Positions 39,338 to 53,735 are shown, numbered from the stretch's first letter. The stretch: DNA of 64,000 nucleotides from Octopus vulgaris (GCA_951406725.2 OX597819.1:133610001-133674000), one strand, 5' to 3'. Numbers and translations: made by a program. Notes: generated by a model not told the origin, from the letters alone.

Positions 39338-40214
39338 ATAGGTTGTCTGATCAATAAGTATCCGGACCGTTGTTATAGTAGCGAAGCTAAAGCACAGAGA
39401 GTAAAGCCGCTTGGCACAGATTGACCTTAATCGCTGTTGTGAATGTGCATTAAGTTTTAACGTTCTAGTACCTTTCCTGTTTACAACAGCGCTTGGAAGT
39501 AACGTGCGGTCGTTGCATTGAGCTGAGCTGAGAATCTGCATAAAAGTTTGCCAAAATCTTGTCGAAACCTGCTCAGAGTACTACGCAAAGTTTTCAAAAC
39601 ATTTCATCGTACTCGATACAACCAAGGAGATCTTGTGCAACTGAAATCCGAGCGACCTTTTGGTCAGCTGAAAGCAGTTTTGGTACAACTTTGGCAGACA
39701 CGTATCTCATATCTAAATCTTCAGTGTTAATGGACTGAACTGGACCGTAACTAACCTGCACATCCTCCGATAACTCACGGATGGTGATTCGAGTATTTCT
39801 CCTCACAGCAGCACGTACATCTGCGATGTTTTCCTCACTCCTGCTGCTTGCGGGTCTCCCAGAACGTTCGTCACTATCGACACTTTTTCAGCCATCTTTG
39901 AAACGTCTGAACCACTTGAACACTTGTACGCAACTCATACACTCCCCTCTCCATACACTTTCTGAAAATTTGCGTTGGCCTCTGAGCAGGTATCGCCATG
40001 ACGGCTTTTTTCTGCCATGGTCAATGTGACGATCACACGTGACACAGGTTATTTCTAAGCACTGCGCTAAACAGGGGAAGTGGACTAGAACGTTAAAACT
40101 TAGTGTACATACACAGCAGAGGTCAAGGTCAATCTATGCCTAGCAGCTTCACTGTTCTTGCTTTGACTTTGTTACAATGGCAATATTCTGGATACTTATT
40201 GATAAGACCCCGTA
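39338..40214. mobile_element. Mariner derivative composed of two inverted 5' ends
   Basis: Minus strand DERSGRP...ITIRELSEDV...VSAKVVPKLLSADQK; both ends carry atcaataagtatcc TIR plus ~200 bp of homologous 5' UTR. Confidence 0.85.
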
Positions 40215-40671
40215 TATATATCTAATATAAATTAAAAAAAATGACAAGAACGGAAAACAAGAACGGAAAACATCCAAATAGACGATACAAAAAACACGGA
40301 CGGATGATTCGAAGCCTTTAATCTTCAGTCAAGAACCGGATCATTCTCGCAATTTCGGCTGATTAATCTTGAGATTACTTCAATCCGGCCAGCCCCAAGA
40401 GCACCAGATTCCTTGGAAAAGGATCGAATTTATACGAAACAAGGACAGAATAACGGACGATGTTACACGAATATAAATACAAAAAAACAATAATAATAAT
40501 AACAGGACATAACAACAGACGTCTTTCGACTGGAGAGAAATTGAATTCAGCTGGCGTGTTGAGAATTAAGCCTTAAGGCAGACGAAAAGAATATTACCGT
40601 TACCGTTATATATATAAATCCATTTATGTATGCATGTATGTGAGTGTGCGTGTGTGTGGATGGGTGTATTG

Positions 40672-40773
<102 letters not shown>

Positions 40774-41374
40774 ATGTGTTTGAAGTATGATATGTAAATA
40801 TTAGACATGTTAATTGCCAAGTATATTGACCAGATGAAATCGGGCAAAACCAATTTTAGGAAATATATAAAAGAAAGACAAATTAATAAATCTGAGTAGA
40901 TTCATTAACGCCTAAAACACACCTAATGATCGATAACAGCTGAGTTGACCGGTTGAATGTTGTTCTCTATAGATTCAGTTTGTGCTATTGCAATAACGTT
41001 ACCATTAATTGCCATTGTGAAAATCTAAGGACGACATTATAATAATAATGATTACTGTGAGAAATTGTCTTATTATTTGTTTCAGCTCATATGAGATAAC
41101 ATTACGTCTTGTTTATTATCTGCAACCATTTTACATATTGGTTATATTGATTCAATTAGTCCTTGTATTTGCTTAATGGTGCCAAATGTACCAGTTGAAA
41201 TATTTGTCACATAAAGTAGTTAATGGACGGCAGTAAATTTACTATTGTGTTACAACTTTAAAACGAAGCTCTTATCTGTGCAATAATGAAACAGTTAATT
41301 TTATACACTTTGACATTATCATTTTTCAACAGCTAAAATGCAGTTTCTGCTTTTAAAACACACACCCACACACA

Positions 41375-41428
<54 letters not shown>

Positions 41429-42949
41429 CACACAAACATATATAATGTTGTTATACTATTTGAAAAATAATTTAATGATTGAAGCACTTTTGAGACTAAC
41501 AGTCTCATTTATTTTGTTTGTTCTTTGTTGTTTTTGCTTCATGAAATACATTTTCTACATTATTTGCTCTGCTGCTCGGGTGTCTTAAGTAGGAAGTTGC
41601 TAACCTCGCTCTAACGTTTGTTCCCGACGCCTGACGTAACTAAATGTGAAGTTGAAATTAATTCGTTTTTCGTTAACCAATTTCTGTAAATTAATTCCCA
41701 ATGAACATTAAATACACAACCTCTCCTCTAGTGTTATAACACCTCCCGTGATTATTTGCCTTTAATCATCACTTTAAGTGAAATAGGATTTCAGTTTAAC
41801 GCCGTTGTTTCGTTCTTCCTATGTTTGTGGTTTGAATTGTGAAGAATGCTGTCCAATTACTTTGTTCCCATCTTTACGGAACGTCTTAATTCTCTCCTAT
41901 ACCCAGTATTCTCTCGTAGACGGATAGGATCGCAAAGCGAAGACAGAATGATTGTCATAAATACATTGATACGAGATCCGCTCTGAGTCAAGATTAGCAA
42001 AATCTCTGAGTATTATTCAACAGTAACAATGGGAAACCATTCCATGAAATATTGGTGAAACACTGAGAAGAGAGCCAACCAAACATTTATGCCCCGAAAG
42101 CCAGCACTCACTGAATTAAAGCTTTCAACACCTCTAATAGTTAGTTGCTTACAGAGCTGGTCTAAATTATTTTGACTCAAATATGCTCTTGCATATCCCT
42201 TGCATTGTACAATATAAAAAAGACATTCCTTATAATCAGACAGCAAAGAGAATATCTAAAGCTTGTATTGACAAATAGTTATAAGAGAGAGATAACCCTC
42301 GAATCACTTTAATTTTTATCTGCTACTCTCTGCTGTTCTGAGACCTGCCATTTATGCATATCTGCGTTATTGTGAGCGGAGTGAGTGACTGAGAATTTAC
42401 ATTATAGTTTTCAATAACATTGGGACGGTTCATAAAACTGTTACTATACCCTGCAGTTCTGTTACCTTTTTAAGATTAAGACCTCATCGATTACTGCTCT
42501 TAAGAAGCAAAGTATCGTGTTGTCTATGCTTGTTGTATTGTCTGAACATCCTTTCTGGAATTAGTGCTTTGTTTTGAATCCTAATTTGCATCAAAAAGTT
42601 ACCACTATTTTTTACTCTTATGTTGTTACTTGTAGTCATATACATATACACAAACACACACACATACACACACATATACACATATATATGCATGTATGTA
42701 CACACACATATGAGGGATTCTCTTGTGAACGACAAATGATAGTTGAATAAAATAAAGAGTTCTATAGTTACGAATGTGTCTCATGAGGTTTGCTGGTGCC
42801 TTGCAAAATCTTTTGGAAAATGGAACAAGTGTTGAGGATTCAGTTTGCTTGAGTGCTTGCGGATCATTTACTGCGGATCATTTTCTTGAGTTGACAGAAA
42901 GGCCTGCTTTGTTTCGTACTACAAAACCAAAATAATAGAAATGGTTTCC

Positions 42950-43240
42950 ATTTAGTGGAGCTGCGTTGTGCTAGCGTCCCCTCATGCATGCACAAAGTTG
43001 GTCCCGATGTTGGAGTCGACTTTGCTTAAATCTTTGAACTGTGGAGAAGCAAGACTAGTGACCGGTCCTGTGTTCTGATGCTTTGATTTCTCAGGAAGAA
43101 AAGAAAAGGGAATGTTGCATCGTTTCAGATTGTCTTTTAGCTTGTCTTTTGAAGCGCAGGAATGGCCTTCCAACCGATCTTCCTGTTCGTAATGGGCCAA
43201 AGGGAAGTTGATTCGGAATTCTGATATCAGTCATGCGAGT
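42950..43240 (-). mobile_element. RTE-like LINE 3' fragment
   Basis: Minus strand RMTDIRIPNQLPFGPLRTGRSVGRPFLRFK..KDNLKRCNI. Confidence 0.65.
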
Positions 43241-45369
43241 GAAAAAGATATTTAAAATCCGTACGAATACTTTATACGCACTCTGCGAACAACAAGCCTA
43301 TCACTGACGTTTTCCTGTTTCTGACGTTTTTGGAATTCATTCGACTTCACAGATTATGAGGACCTCATTGCGAATTCAAATATAAATCGAGAAACTGCTC
43401 GAGGATTTGAGCTAACTGTAGTTATCCGAGTTTATTGAATGATGCATTCGCAAACATTACAGTTGGTGTTGATGTTTCGAGCCGTGTGGAGAAAGCAACA
43501 GATTTGGATTTTAGATCGGTTTTAGAATGGCAAGTTATAAGCACTGAAACGACCAAAGACGATGGTTTCAGGGAGGAGAGAATTGAGTTATATATCATTG
43601 GAACAGGAATAGATTTGGTGGAGGTGTTTTTATAAGAGTAGAACGAAGTGAAGATGTATTTAAAGGCGAGACGGGAACTTTGAGCTTTAGTAACTGGAGC
43701 TGTTGATTGCATTTCCAGATCAAAGTGGTAGAGTTTGAGAGTCTAATAGGAATTCGATAGCAGATTTCAAACTGAAGTCTCTGTTCTGAATGTATTTTGG
43801 ATAATAGAGAGGGATATAAAGAAAGAAATATTAATACGTTGTGATGTGTAAGTTGGAGTTAGCTTAACAGCTATGAGAAAAGAATAATATAGATTATCCA
43901 TGGAAACTGGGGATTTTATTTGACTGACGCATTCAGAAAAGTGCAGAATGTGTCGGCTGGTCGTGAGATAATAACTGACTGTGTTTGGTAGGAATGGTTT
44001 CTAAAGGACCCTCATCTACAGAAGGTAGTTTCTTAGCAGGGTGGTGTGATACACCCAACACAAAAACATAATACGTGCTCTGTCGACCATCTAGACTGAA
44101 CAAGATTCCATTAAGCAATGAAACATAGAACACAAAAAACCAGGATCAAATAACATCAACAGTATCAAAATAACAAAGTGAGGAGAAGGACAGGATTAGG
44201 AGAGAGGATGAGAGAGAGGTAGGCAAAGAGAGGGACAAAAACTGAGAGAAAGAGAGAAAGACAGAGATAAAAAGAGAGAGAGAACACAGTTAAATTTTAC
44301 GTTTGGATAAAAGGCTGATAGAAAGAACTTTGGGTTGTAGAATATTGAGCATCGTTCGACAAGACAGTAAGAAGCATAACTACCGCTGCTTTTTCATTGT
44401 AACTGTCAATGATCATAACGATAAAGTATGCTTAATGAAAATATTTGAACTGTGAAAAGATTAAAAACTAATTTTAAAAAGAATTTTTATGTTTTTAATT
44501 TCCTCCAATTTATGCCATGAACTGTTTTTGTCCTCATTGAAATTTCAAACAACTTTAACTTTATTAAAACTTTTAAATATTTTAAATTTATTTTCGTCAT
44601 AACTCAATAATTTCCTGTTATAGCGATTTAGTTTAGTTTGGTAAATTTTGGCATCTGTAAATCATATTTATATATAAACTTGTCTAAATTCATGTTTTGT
44701 TTTCCACGTTTGTCCAATCACTAAGATGCGTTCGAATTCAATGTGACATAGATTTTATGTTTATATCCAATCTGAGAGTTTGGTTTCAAGAAGACAACAA
44801 GAAAGACTAAGGAAAATCATAAATGGTGCAACTAAATCCGACCACAACAAGAGGAAGAATTAAAAAGACTAGGAATCGTGTTCTGTTGGATTAGAATAAT
44901 TATGAAAAATATTTGAATGGAATTTACTGCAGAGAAATGAAAAATTCTATATATTTTACCAAAATATTTTTTTTTAATCAATGGGAATTAAGAGAAAATT
45001 AATAATTTAGCATTCCTCTAGAGAGTTCAGATTTGCTTAGATCTGTCAACCACAAGAGGCCAGCGTTGGAATAATTCCGTCCAGGTGATCGGCAACAAAA
45101 ACGTATTCACGGTAGCAGGAGATTAATAATAGCGCGTTTTATGTAAAAGAGAAGTAAACGATGATTGACATAAACAAAACAATGTAGAAATAAATAGAAG
45201 AAAAGAAAAAAAGTTGGAAGAGAGAAACGATGCGAAATATAAACGTTAAAATGAGCAGAGACTGCGCAGAGGGAAAGAGGGAAATATAGAAGAGAGAACA
45301 ACTCAATCATGAAGATAATGACGGAAGCGGCAATGTTAGAGATATGCACAGAGACAACGAAGAACACAA

Positions 45370-45870
45370 GAAGAAGTAGAAGAAGAAGAAGAAGAAGAAG
45401 AAGAAGGAGGAGGGGAGGAGGAGAAGGAGAAGAAGAAGAAGGAGGAGGAGAAGAAGAACAAAAAGAAGAACAAGAAGAAGAACAAGAAGAAGAACAAGAA
45501 GGAGGTGGAAGTGGAGGAGGAGGAGAAGAAGAAGAAGAAGAAGAAGAAGAAGAAGAAGGAGGAGGAGGAGGAGGAGGAGGAGAAGAAGAAGAAGAAGAAG
45601 AAGAAGAAGAAGAAGAAGAAGAAGAAGAAGAAGAAGAAAGAGAAGAAGCAGAAGAAGAAGAAGGAGGAGGAGAAGAAGAAGGAGAAGAAGAAGAAGAAGA
45701 AGAAGAAGAAGAAGAAGAAGAAGAAGAAGAAGAAGAAGAAGAAGAAGAAGAAGAAGAAGAAGAAGAAGAAGCAGAAGAAGAAGAAGGAGAAGAAGAAGAA
45801 GGAGGAGGAGGAGAAGAAGAAGAAGAAGAAGAAGAAGAAGGAGGAGGAGGAGGAGGAGGAGGAGGAAAAG
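45370..45870. repeat. ~500-bp (GAA/GGA)n polypurine tract
   Basis: Direct reading. Confidence 0.95.
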
Positions 45871-46131
45871 AGGTTAAGTGAAGAAATAGTGTCGTCACCT
45901 AAACGGAGACTTTGGCGCCGATAGAATTATTGTTGTTGTTTATTAAATGTTTGAAAATACAGAAATATGGTTCACAGAAATTGCGCTGGGTCTAGATTTG
46001 AAACTGAACAAATGATCACAGATTTTGGAACATTCTAAAAGATTACAGTAACTCAATTCGTTTTCTTTTGCATTACGTGTTTTAGTAAAATCTGATTTTA
46101 CAGAATCAAAGTGTATAAACAGGAATAATAT

Positions 46132-46199
<68 letters not shown>

Positions 46200-46229
46200 G
46201 AGTGATAAAGCACTTTACCTATAAATATC

Positions 46230-46412
46230 GGTTTCGAATTTTTGCTGAAGGCTATCAAGTTCAAGGAAGAAGGAAAGTCAATTAGGTTAACCCAAGTGTT
46301 CAACTGGTACTTATTTTATCGATCCCGAAAGGACGAAAGGCAAAGTAGGCCTCATCGGAGCCGCTAAGTATTTCGCCCGGTGTGCTAACCATTCTGCCTG
46401 TTCACCGCCTTA
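46230..46412 (-). mobile_element. Decayed tail-B SINE; another at 47570-47765 (+)
   Basis: actggtacttattttatcgatcccgaaagg...tttcgcccggtgtgctaacc matches the family. Confidence 0.75.
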
Positions 46413-48551
46413 CTTCATACATAAATATCGGTGTGACCGTCGTGTACTACAATTTGTATGTCATACACCTATCATCTAAACCTCAAAGTTGGGTAGGGTA
46501 ATTGGGTTATTGTGTACGATGCTAGCCCCTTCGCTCCTCGGTAGTTCATTAAATCGATCACATTATTCGACTTAAACTTTATTTTATTGATCCCGGGGAA
46601 GAAAAGGAACGATGACTCACATGGTTCGAATTCAGGGCCGGATCAAAGTTGCTTGTTATAGTGTGCAACACATTAAGAAAGCTACAAGTCCACTGTTCCG
46701 AGACATTAACTTGATTACGGCGAGAAATGATTTCATATTTTGCCTATCGTTATTGCATTAGCGTGTGTTGTGTGAATTGTTTTTAGAATCTTACATTTTA
46801 ATGTCAATTATTTTAACAAATCTAGGAAGACGAAAGGTGAATCAGTCATGACAGAATTCGATCTCAGAGATATTAGATAACAACAAAACTATATAAAAGT
46901 ACAAGGCACGAAAAAAAAACTACGATATCAAAAGCAACAAAGAGGAAATATTTAAACAATGCTGCAAAATAAACTATGGATTCCACGCTGTAATAACATT
47001 AAGATATTGGGCGACGAAAATAATTAGATGAGAATTTCGAAGCCGAAAGGACGAGTAAATATTACTTGCAGCGTTGGAAGGAAAATAGCTGGTCTCTGGT
47101 AGGAATGAAATGAATAATATACTGTATACGGTACAGAACAATAACACTGTAGCATAGAGAGTGTGAAAATAGTGTGAGTCTGAAGCAATGTAAATACATT
47201 AAGGTGAATCAGAATGAATAGAGCAAAATATTGCCTGACAAAATTCTGTAAAATTCTCGAGGTGGTTTTCATAATTAGAGATAATATCTGATAATATTTC
47301 TGCTGATATATGACAGGAACATCTTGAAATGTCATATAAAGTAGATAATCTGATTAGATTAGGGGTCAAAATACACTAAAGATACATATGACTATCGCAA
47401 GTCGAACAAAGAGGAAGAAAGATACGCCATGAAGTGAGTTTCTGGTGAACGTAAATTACACCAAACATAGTTTAAATGAAAGACTTTGCATATAATGCAA
47501 GTATATAGCGCCGTGGTTCTTTAGATATTAAAGAAACAAGGAAGATATGTGAGAATATTAATTAATCTGTAGTGCGCCGGACAAAAGGCTTAGAAGCTTT
47601 TCGTCCGTCTTTACGTTCCGAGTTCAAATTCCGCCGAAGTCCACTTCACCTTTCATTCCTTCGGGATCGATAAAATAAGTACCATTTAAGCGCTTGGTTC
47701 GATTGAATCGACTCGCACCCTCCGCTGAAATTGCTGGCCTTGTGCAAAAGTTTGAAACCATTATTAGTTTATTCTGTCATTACCGGAAAACGAAGTAAAA
47801 AAAAAAGAGGAGAAATACGAAAAAACAAAAATAATCCGAGTAGCAACACCATTCCTCATTGCAATATCACTTTATTATGATGATAGAAATGTTGAATTCT
47901 TTCTCATTTCGAAACCCAAAAGTATTAAGAACAACTTCTGTACGATTAGTAGATTATCAGGTGTACGTATTAGTCTTACTTTGTATTAACGAGCAAAAGG
48001 AGGTTTTTAACAGCAATGGTCTTTCTCTTTAAAATCAATAAAACCTCGGCATATTTTCATATTTCATCTTTACAGTCAATGCTTATTGCACTTAACTTTC
48101 CAGAAAGAATATATAACAATTAATATATAACTCGAATATACAAGAAAGACTATACAAGTAATTAAATTTTGAGAGACGGCGAACACATTTATAGATTTCT
48201 CAAAATAAATGGCGCGAATATTGTTTTATCCGTGTTTCCAATGTGTAAAACATTTAGAAATACTTCACAACCCATACACCATAGACTCCTGCATCAAAGT
48301 AATTCACTGGAAATGAAATCACTTAATTAGATTAATCGACAAATTAAAATGCATTGTTCACACATCTAGCCATTTATATTTATGTGTGTTTGCGTGTGTG
48401 TGTGTGTGTGTGTGTGTAGGGATGAGCGTGTAGGAATTTATGCACACACGTATATATGCATTTATATACACTAAGTATATATGTATCTATGTATCTATCT
48501 GTATCTGCCTGTCTTTCTGTCCCCCTCCTCTCTCTCTCTATATATATATAC

Positions 48552-48606
<55 letters not shown>

Positions 48607-51559
48607 GGTGTGAGTATATATGTATATATGCCTATAAATCTGTATGTGGGTGTGTAGGAGTGGGAGTTTGTATGTGTGCGTGTACGTACGTAGGTATGTT
48701 TGAATGGGAGAGTGTATGTATGAGTATAATTCTCTGTGTGCATGTGTGTGAGTGTGTGTGTGTGTGAGTACGTGTGTTGTTTTTATGATATTATCTTCAT
48801 ATCTTACATTCAGACCTACTCATTGATATATTCAATGCCATTAGTAGTTTAGTTTCACCAACTATATTTATATTTGCTTCCATAATTCACGCATGACTTG
48901 CCTCATATAAAGGCGCTACACACACTAAAACTAGATTTTATATCATTCCCCTATATCAATAAAAGTCTACAAGTTTTCCACCACTTATTGGTAATATATA
49001 TTTATGTGTATACACACACACATATATATATGTACATATATATATACTTATATATATTATATGTATACATATGTATGTATATATATTATATGTATATATA
49101 TGTATGTATATATATTATATGTATATATATGTATACATAAGAGTATACCAGCTTAATGACTGTATAAATATATATATGTATATATTATATGAAAAATATT
49201 GAAAGGCGCACATACACACACATATAGATACGTGTGTGTGTGTGTGCGTGTGGGCGTGTGTTTATTGCTGCCTTTGGAAGGGTCATTCTGCTGACCGACC
49301 CTAACAAATTACGGCCAAATTTGTTTCAATACACGGTTTCTCATCAAGAAACGATAAGTATGAAGAAATATGAGTGCGCTTCTGTGTGTGTGTGTGTATG
49401 TGTGTGTATGTGTTTGCGCGTGCGTGTGTGTTTGTGTGTGCGCATGGGGTGGGGTTAATATATATGATGTAGTCATTGGTTCAATAATATACAGGCACGT
49501 TTGTGTTGTAAGAAGCTTGCTTCTCAACCACATACTTCCGGGTTCGATACCACTGCGTGGAACTTTGGGTAAGTGCCTTCCATTATAGCCTGGGGTTGAC
49601 TAAAGCCTTGTGAGTGGATTTGGTAGACAGAACTGAAAGAGAAGCCCGTCGTATATATATATATATATACACACACTTTGAGTGTGTATCTTGTTTGTGT
49701 ACCCTACTACCGCTTGATAACGTGTGTTGGTGTGTTTATGGCCCTGTAACTTACCAGTTGGGCGAAAGAAGCTGGTAGAATAAGTATTAGGCTTCATAAA
49801 ATACGTCCTACGGTGGATTCGTTCCACTAAAATTCTTCAAGGTGGTAACCCAGCAAGGCCGCATTCGAATGAGTGAAAGAAGCATCTCGCCAGACAGTGA
49901 TCGATGCTAGATGGATCGAAACGATTATTGTGATCAATAAAGATACCCTTACTTTCCATCTTCTGTTTCTCTCTTATTGATCACACCCGACGAACGCTGA
50001 GGCAGTGAACGTGCTTTACCGGAGAACTGCCGGGCGTATACCATATGCTTTAATAACTACTAACTATATATGTATATATGTATGAATGTATGTATGTATA
50101 TATGTATGAATGTATGTATGTATGTATGCACGTATGTACGTATGTATGTATGTATGTATGTATGTATGTATGTATGTATGTATGTATGTATGTATGTATG
50201 TATGAATGTTTGTATGTATATATGTATGAATGTATGTATGTATGCTTTATATGTCATAAATTAATGACTATGTATAGAATATATTATGAGGAATGTAATG
50301 AAATGTTGGGAAACTGGCGAAAATTGAGTGGCGAACATGGTTTGAGCCAATGGAGAGGGGATACAATGATTTCTTTGTCCGGTTTCTCTAATCGTTTGCA
50401 AAGTGCTGGACATGGCAGTGACCAATAGTGGGACAACCATCATAAGAACGTAACAAATGCTACTTGAAGGTGTCTGAGGATGAAAGGAAGGAAGTCACAG
50501 CTTGGGCAGAGTCACGGGGTCACGACCAGGCCCACCATGCCAATTCAAAATCGGAATATCACACCATGGCGTCTTCCAACTGATTGTCTGTCGGCACTTG
50601 GGTTATGCTGTCCCGATATTTACAAAGTCTTTCAGAAGATGACCAACAGGTCTTAACCGGAGTTGTAGCCTGAAGCCGAAAGAACAGATCGTCATGGAAC
50701 ACACTTCAGGGGATCTATTATTGGTAAAATAGTAGCTTAATGGCGGCAAATGTGTGGATCTAATTCGGCCAAGGCGTTATATACAATGAAAACACCAAAT
50801 TATTGCAGAGAAGGATTTATAACAGTTTTGTAACAGAGTGTAGGGGATTAAAATGACGTCAGCATTTTACTGGTCCTTTAATTAACTGGAAATAAAGACA
50901 CGGCTACACATTTTTAAGGCGAAGAACAACTGTTTACAATGTCTTCTCAGTTTATGACTGGTACTTTTATTTTAGTGACTCAGGAAAGAGAACAGGGATG
51001 GATGACATCGGTAACACTTGAACTCTTAATTTAAAGTACTGTAACGAAATATTAGATTGCACTTGATCTCTGTGACTGGTTTTCGTCTGATACTGCAATT
51101 CTGGCTGTACTCCAATATACTAACTATTGCTGACTCCCTTCCAATATCCCACCACAGACTATATTCCAGTACTGGTCTCCAGTACTCCCTTATACTACTC
51201 CAGTACTGTACCACAGGCTGCACTCCGGTACTCTACTCCAGAACTCCACAAATGGGTGTACTCCAGGGCTGGACATGAATTATTATAATTCCATTTGTGA
51301 TCCGAATAAAGTTTATGAAACATATTTATGGCAGGCTGAGGAATTATTAAGAATTTCGATATAAGTTTAGAAAGTAATCTCCATTACGGTGCTCGACGTA
51401 TAAGAAGAGAACCACGCAAGAAACGACCTACAAAGCATTGTCCCTTGGTTATGTTTCATCGAACAAAACCTTGGCTTTCCTTTAACTTTATGGTGGTGAG
51501 CGAATGTACATCGTCATTATAAACTTTGTGAATTTTGTTGTGGAGGAATAAAAAATTGA

Positions 51560-52300
51560 ACATCAAGTCTGTCTCAAATATTTAAAATTTACGAAAACAA
51601 TTAGTAAGTGTTTATACCACGTGACATCGTTAATCCGAATTTTGTGAAAGCCCGAAAATATGCAATGATTTAATTGTACATTAATGGAATCTTCAAAGAA
51701 TTCAGTTTCTACATATCTGAATTTAATGCAAGCCTTTTGATGCACACATTACTTCTGTTGTAGATATGAATAGAAGCAGACAGGGGTAAGCTGTTAATTG
51801 CAGGCCTACCCCCCAAAACAAACTGCACCATATACAAGATGTTTCCTTTGGGAATCGAAGTGGTCTATTAATTTCATGTGTTAAGGACCAGTCTTCATTT
51901 TATAATGGAATTGGTATATATTCGATTTAATCAATAGCAATATCGATTGTATAAAATTTACTGTTGAGCAAATGTATTATTATCCTGGAGAACAATACAC
52001 CACCAAAGTACATTGAATGAAGTCAGCTGACTGCTATAAACTTGGTCAATTCCAATTGCCCTAAATATATTACTTTCCAAGTACAATGGGCATTTTGTTT
52101 TACAACTGAATACATTCTTAATGTACATTGCTAACGCAATGGAATTCCTTTCATAATTGGAAGTCTTTGATCTGAAAGCCGTGACCTTCATGGTTCTGCA
52201 GAAATTCTAACGTAGTCATTGTTTCGAATTCCCCCAGTTTTCTTCAATATATCAATTTTCTATTTCTATCGCCAGTAATAGAGTAATTCCTGTAAATAGT
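51560..52300 (-). mobile_element. Possible highly decayed PLE GIY-YIG fragment
   Basis: Minus strand FSCKTKCPLYLESNI resembles the CxC..CPL motif at 38540. Confidence 0.35.
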
Positions 52301-52409
52301 AATTTGAATTGTTGTTTAGTAGTGGTTGTTAGTTTTGCAGAGGAGTCTGTTAGTTGTGACTAAAGCAACCCCAACTAACCTCCGCTCTACACATTGTTGA
52401 TGGACGTAC

Positions 52410-52700
52410 ATTAACTGGTTCTCCGTCGGTTACGACGATGTGTATTCCAGTTGATCCGATTAACGCAACAGGAACAGCATACACGTGGCTGATCACTTCA
52501 CAAACCCAACTACTCTTAATATGATTCTCAGGATGGTTCAGCATGACACAGCGTGGTCCTTTGATATGACTGGTACAACTCATTTTTGGCAGCAGAGTGA
52601 AATATAGCGTCTACCTGAAGGACACAACACACGGCCGGGAATCGAACTCAGGGCCTTACGATTGTGAGCCGAATACCCTAAGCACTAAGCCACGCGCCTC
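52410..52700 (-). mobile_element. tRNA-derived SINE
   Basis: Reverse complement ggaggcgcgtggcttagtgcttaggg...gagttcgattcccggccgtgtgttgtgtcctt. Confidence 0.8.
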
Positions 52701-52953
52701 CCCTCGGGCGTACATAAACTCAGTGTGACATGGCGCTGCTCATCAATGACCGTCAACATCGAAGGTGATTGCTTGGATATTTGTATTTCGAGGAGAAATG
52801 AAGAATATGATCGAATAATTGAGTCATTTGACATTTCTGTAAAACATTCCCGAAAAAAAAGGACGGTTAAAGAAAACAGATTATAACTTGTAAAGGGAAG
52901 TCTAAAGAAAGAATATAATTGCCACTACATTAGTTTATACATGTGTGTGTGTT

Positions 52954-53016
<63 letters not shown>

Positions 53017-53505
53017 GCGTATGTGCGTGTGTGTGTGTGTGTGTTAGTATACGCCAACATTATTTCTACTTGATGCTTGTGTTTGTCTCTATAGACATTG
53101 CCGAAAACAAGTGAAAGAAATAACAGCAACGATTAAATGTTAACGAAATTAAGATCTGAAAAGTTGGGAACCTTTTTGTATTTGGAATTAGATTTACAGG
53201 AGAAACAGACAAATAATTATGTGATTAGATTCAATATTCCACTTCAAACTTCTGATGATATGTGATGAGGTTTTGTTGTGATCTTCAAAATATATATCAC
53301 GTGTCAAAATTGCGTCTCAAAGATTATAAAATACTTGAAACTTGATTAGTTGCGAGCTGTCGACAAAATGGAGACGAAGCCTGTTCTATGAGACTGCAGC
53401 TGCTACACGGATATGGATCCCAGATGTCATCGAATGAAATATTCTTAATTTCAAAATTTACCCCATGCTACAAGAAATGTGCTTCTCTGAACACTTCTAC
53501 CGATA

Positions 53506-53735
53506 CTGTTCTATATTTTGGAGATGAGGAATTATATACATTACTTACAATGGACAGATAAGTGTCCTCATCTTATTTGCTGTTATCACAACGTTTCGGC
53601 CGATGTACTCTCCAGCCTTCATGAGATTGGATTCGAAATTCCACCAGACAACACCTGATGAAGGCTGAAGAGTACATCAGCCGAAACGTCGTGATAACAA
53701 CAAACAAGTACACCTATCAGTCCATTGTAATTCTA
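53506..53735. mobile_element. Inverted doublet of PLE terminal repeats without ORF, same family as 26613-27723
   Basis: 53506-53625 is a minus pLTR (matches 26606-26686), 53628-53735 a plus pLTR. Confidence 0.85.
53651..53694 (+). ncRNA. Intact minimal hammerhead ribozyme motif (GUC site)
   Basis: cac-CUGAUGA-A-ggcuga/ucagcc-GAAA-CG-UC-gug. Confidence 0.8.

Noticed and set aside
43400-44160. Possible decayed LINE coding fragment (-)
   Set aside because: Composition suggestive but no diagnostic motif
45107-45924. Poly-Glu, poly-Lys and poly-Ser ORFs
   Set aside because: Translations of a GAA/GGA microsatellite; no splice or domain support
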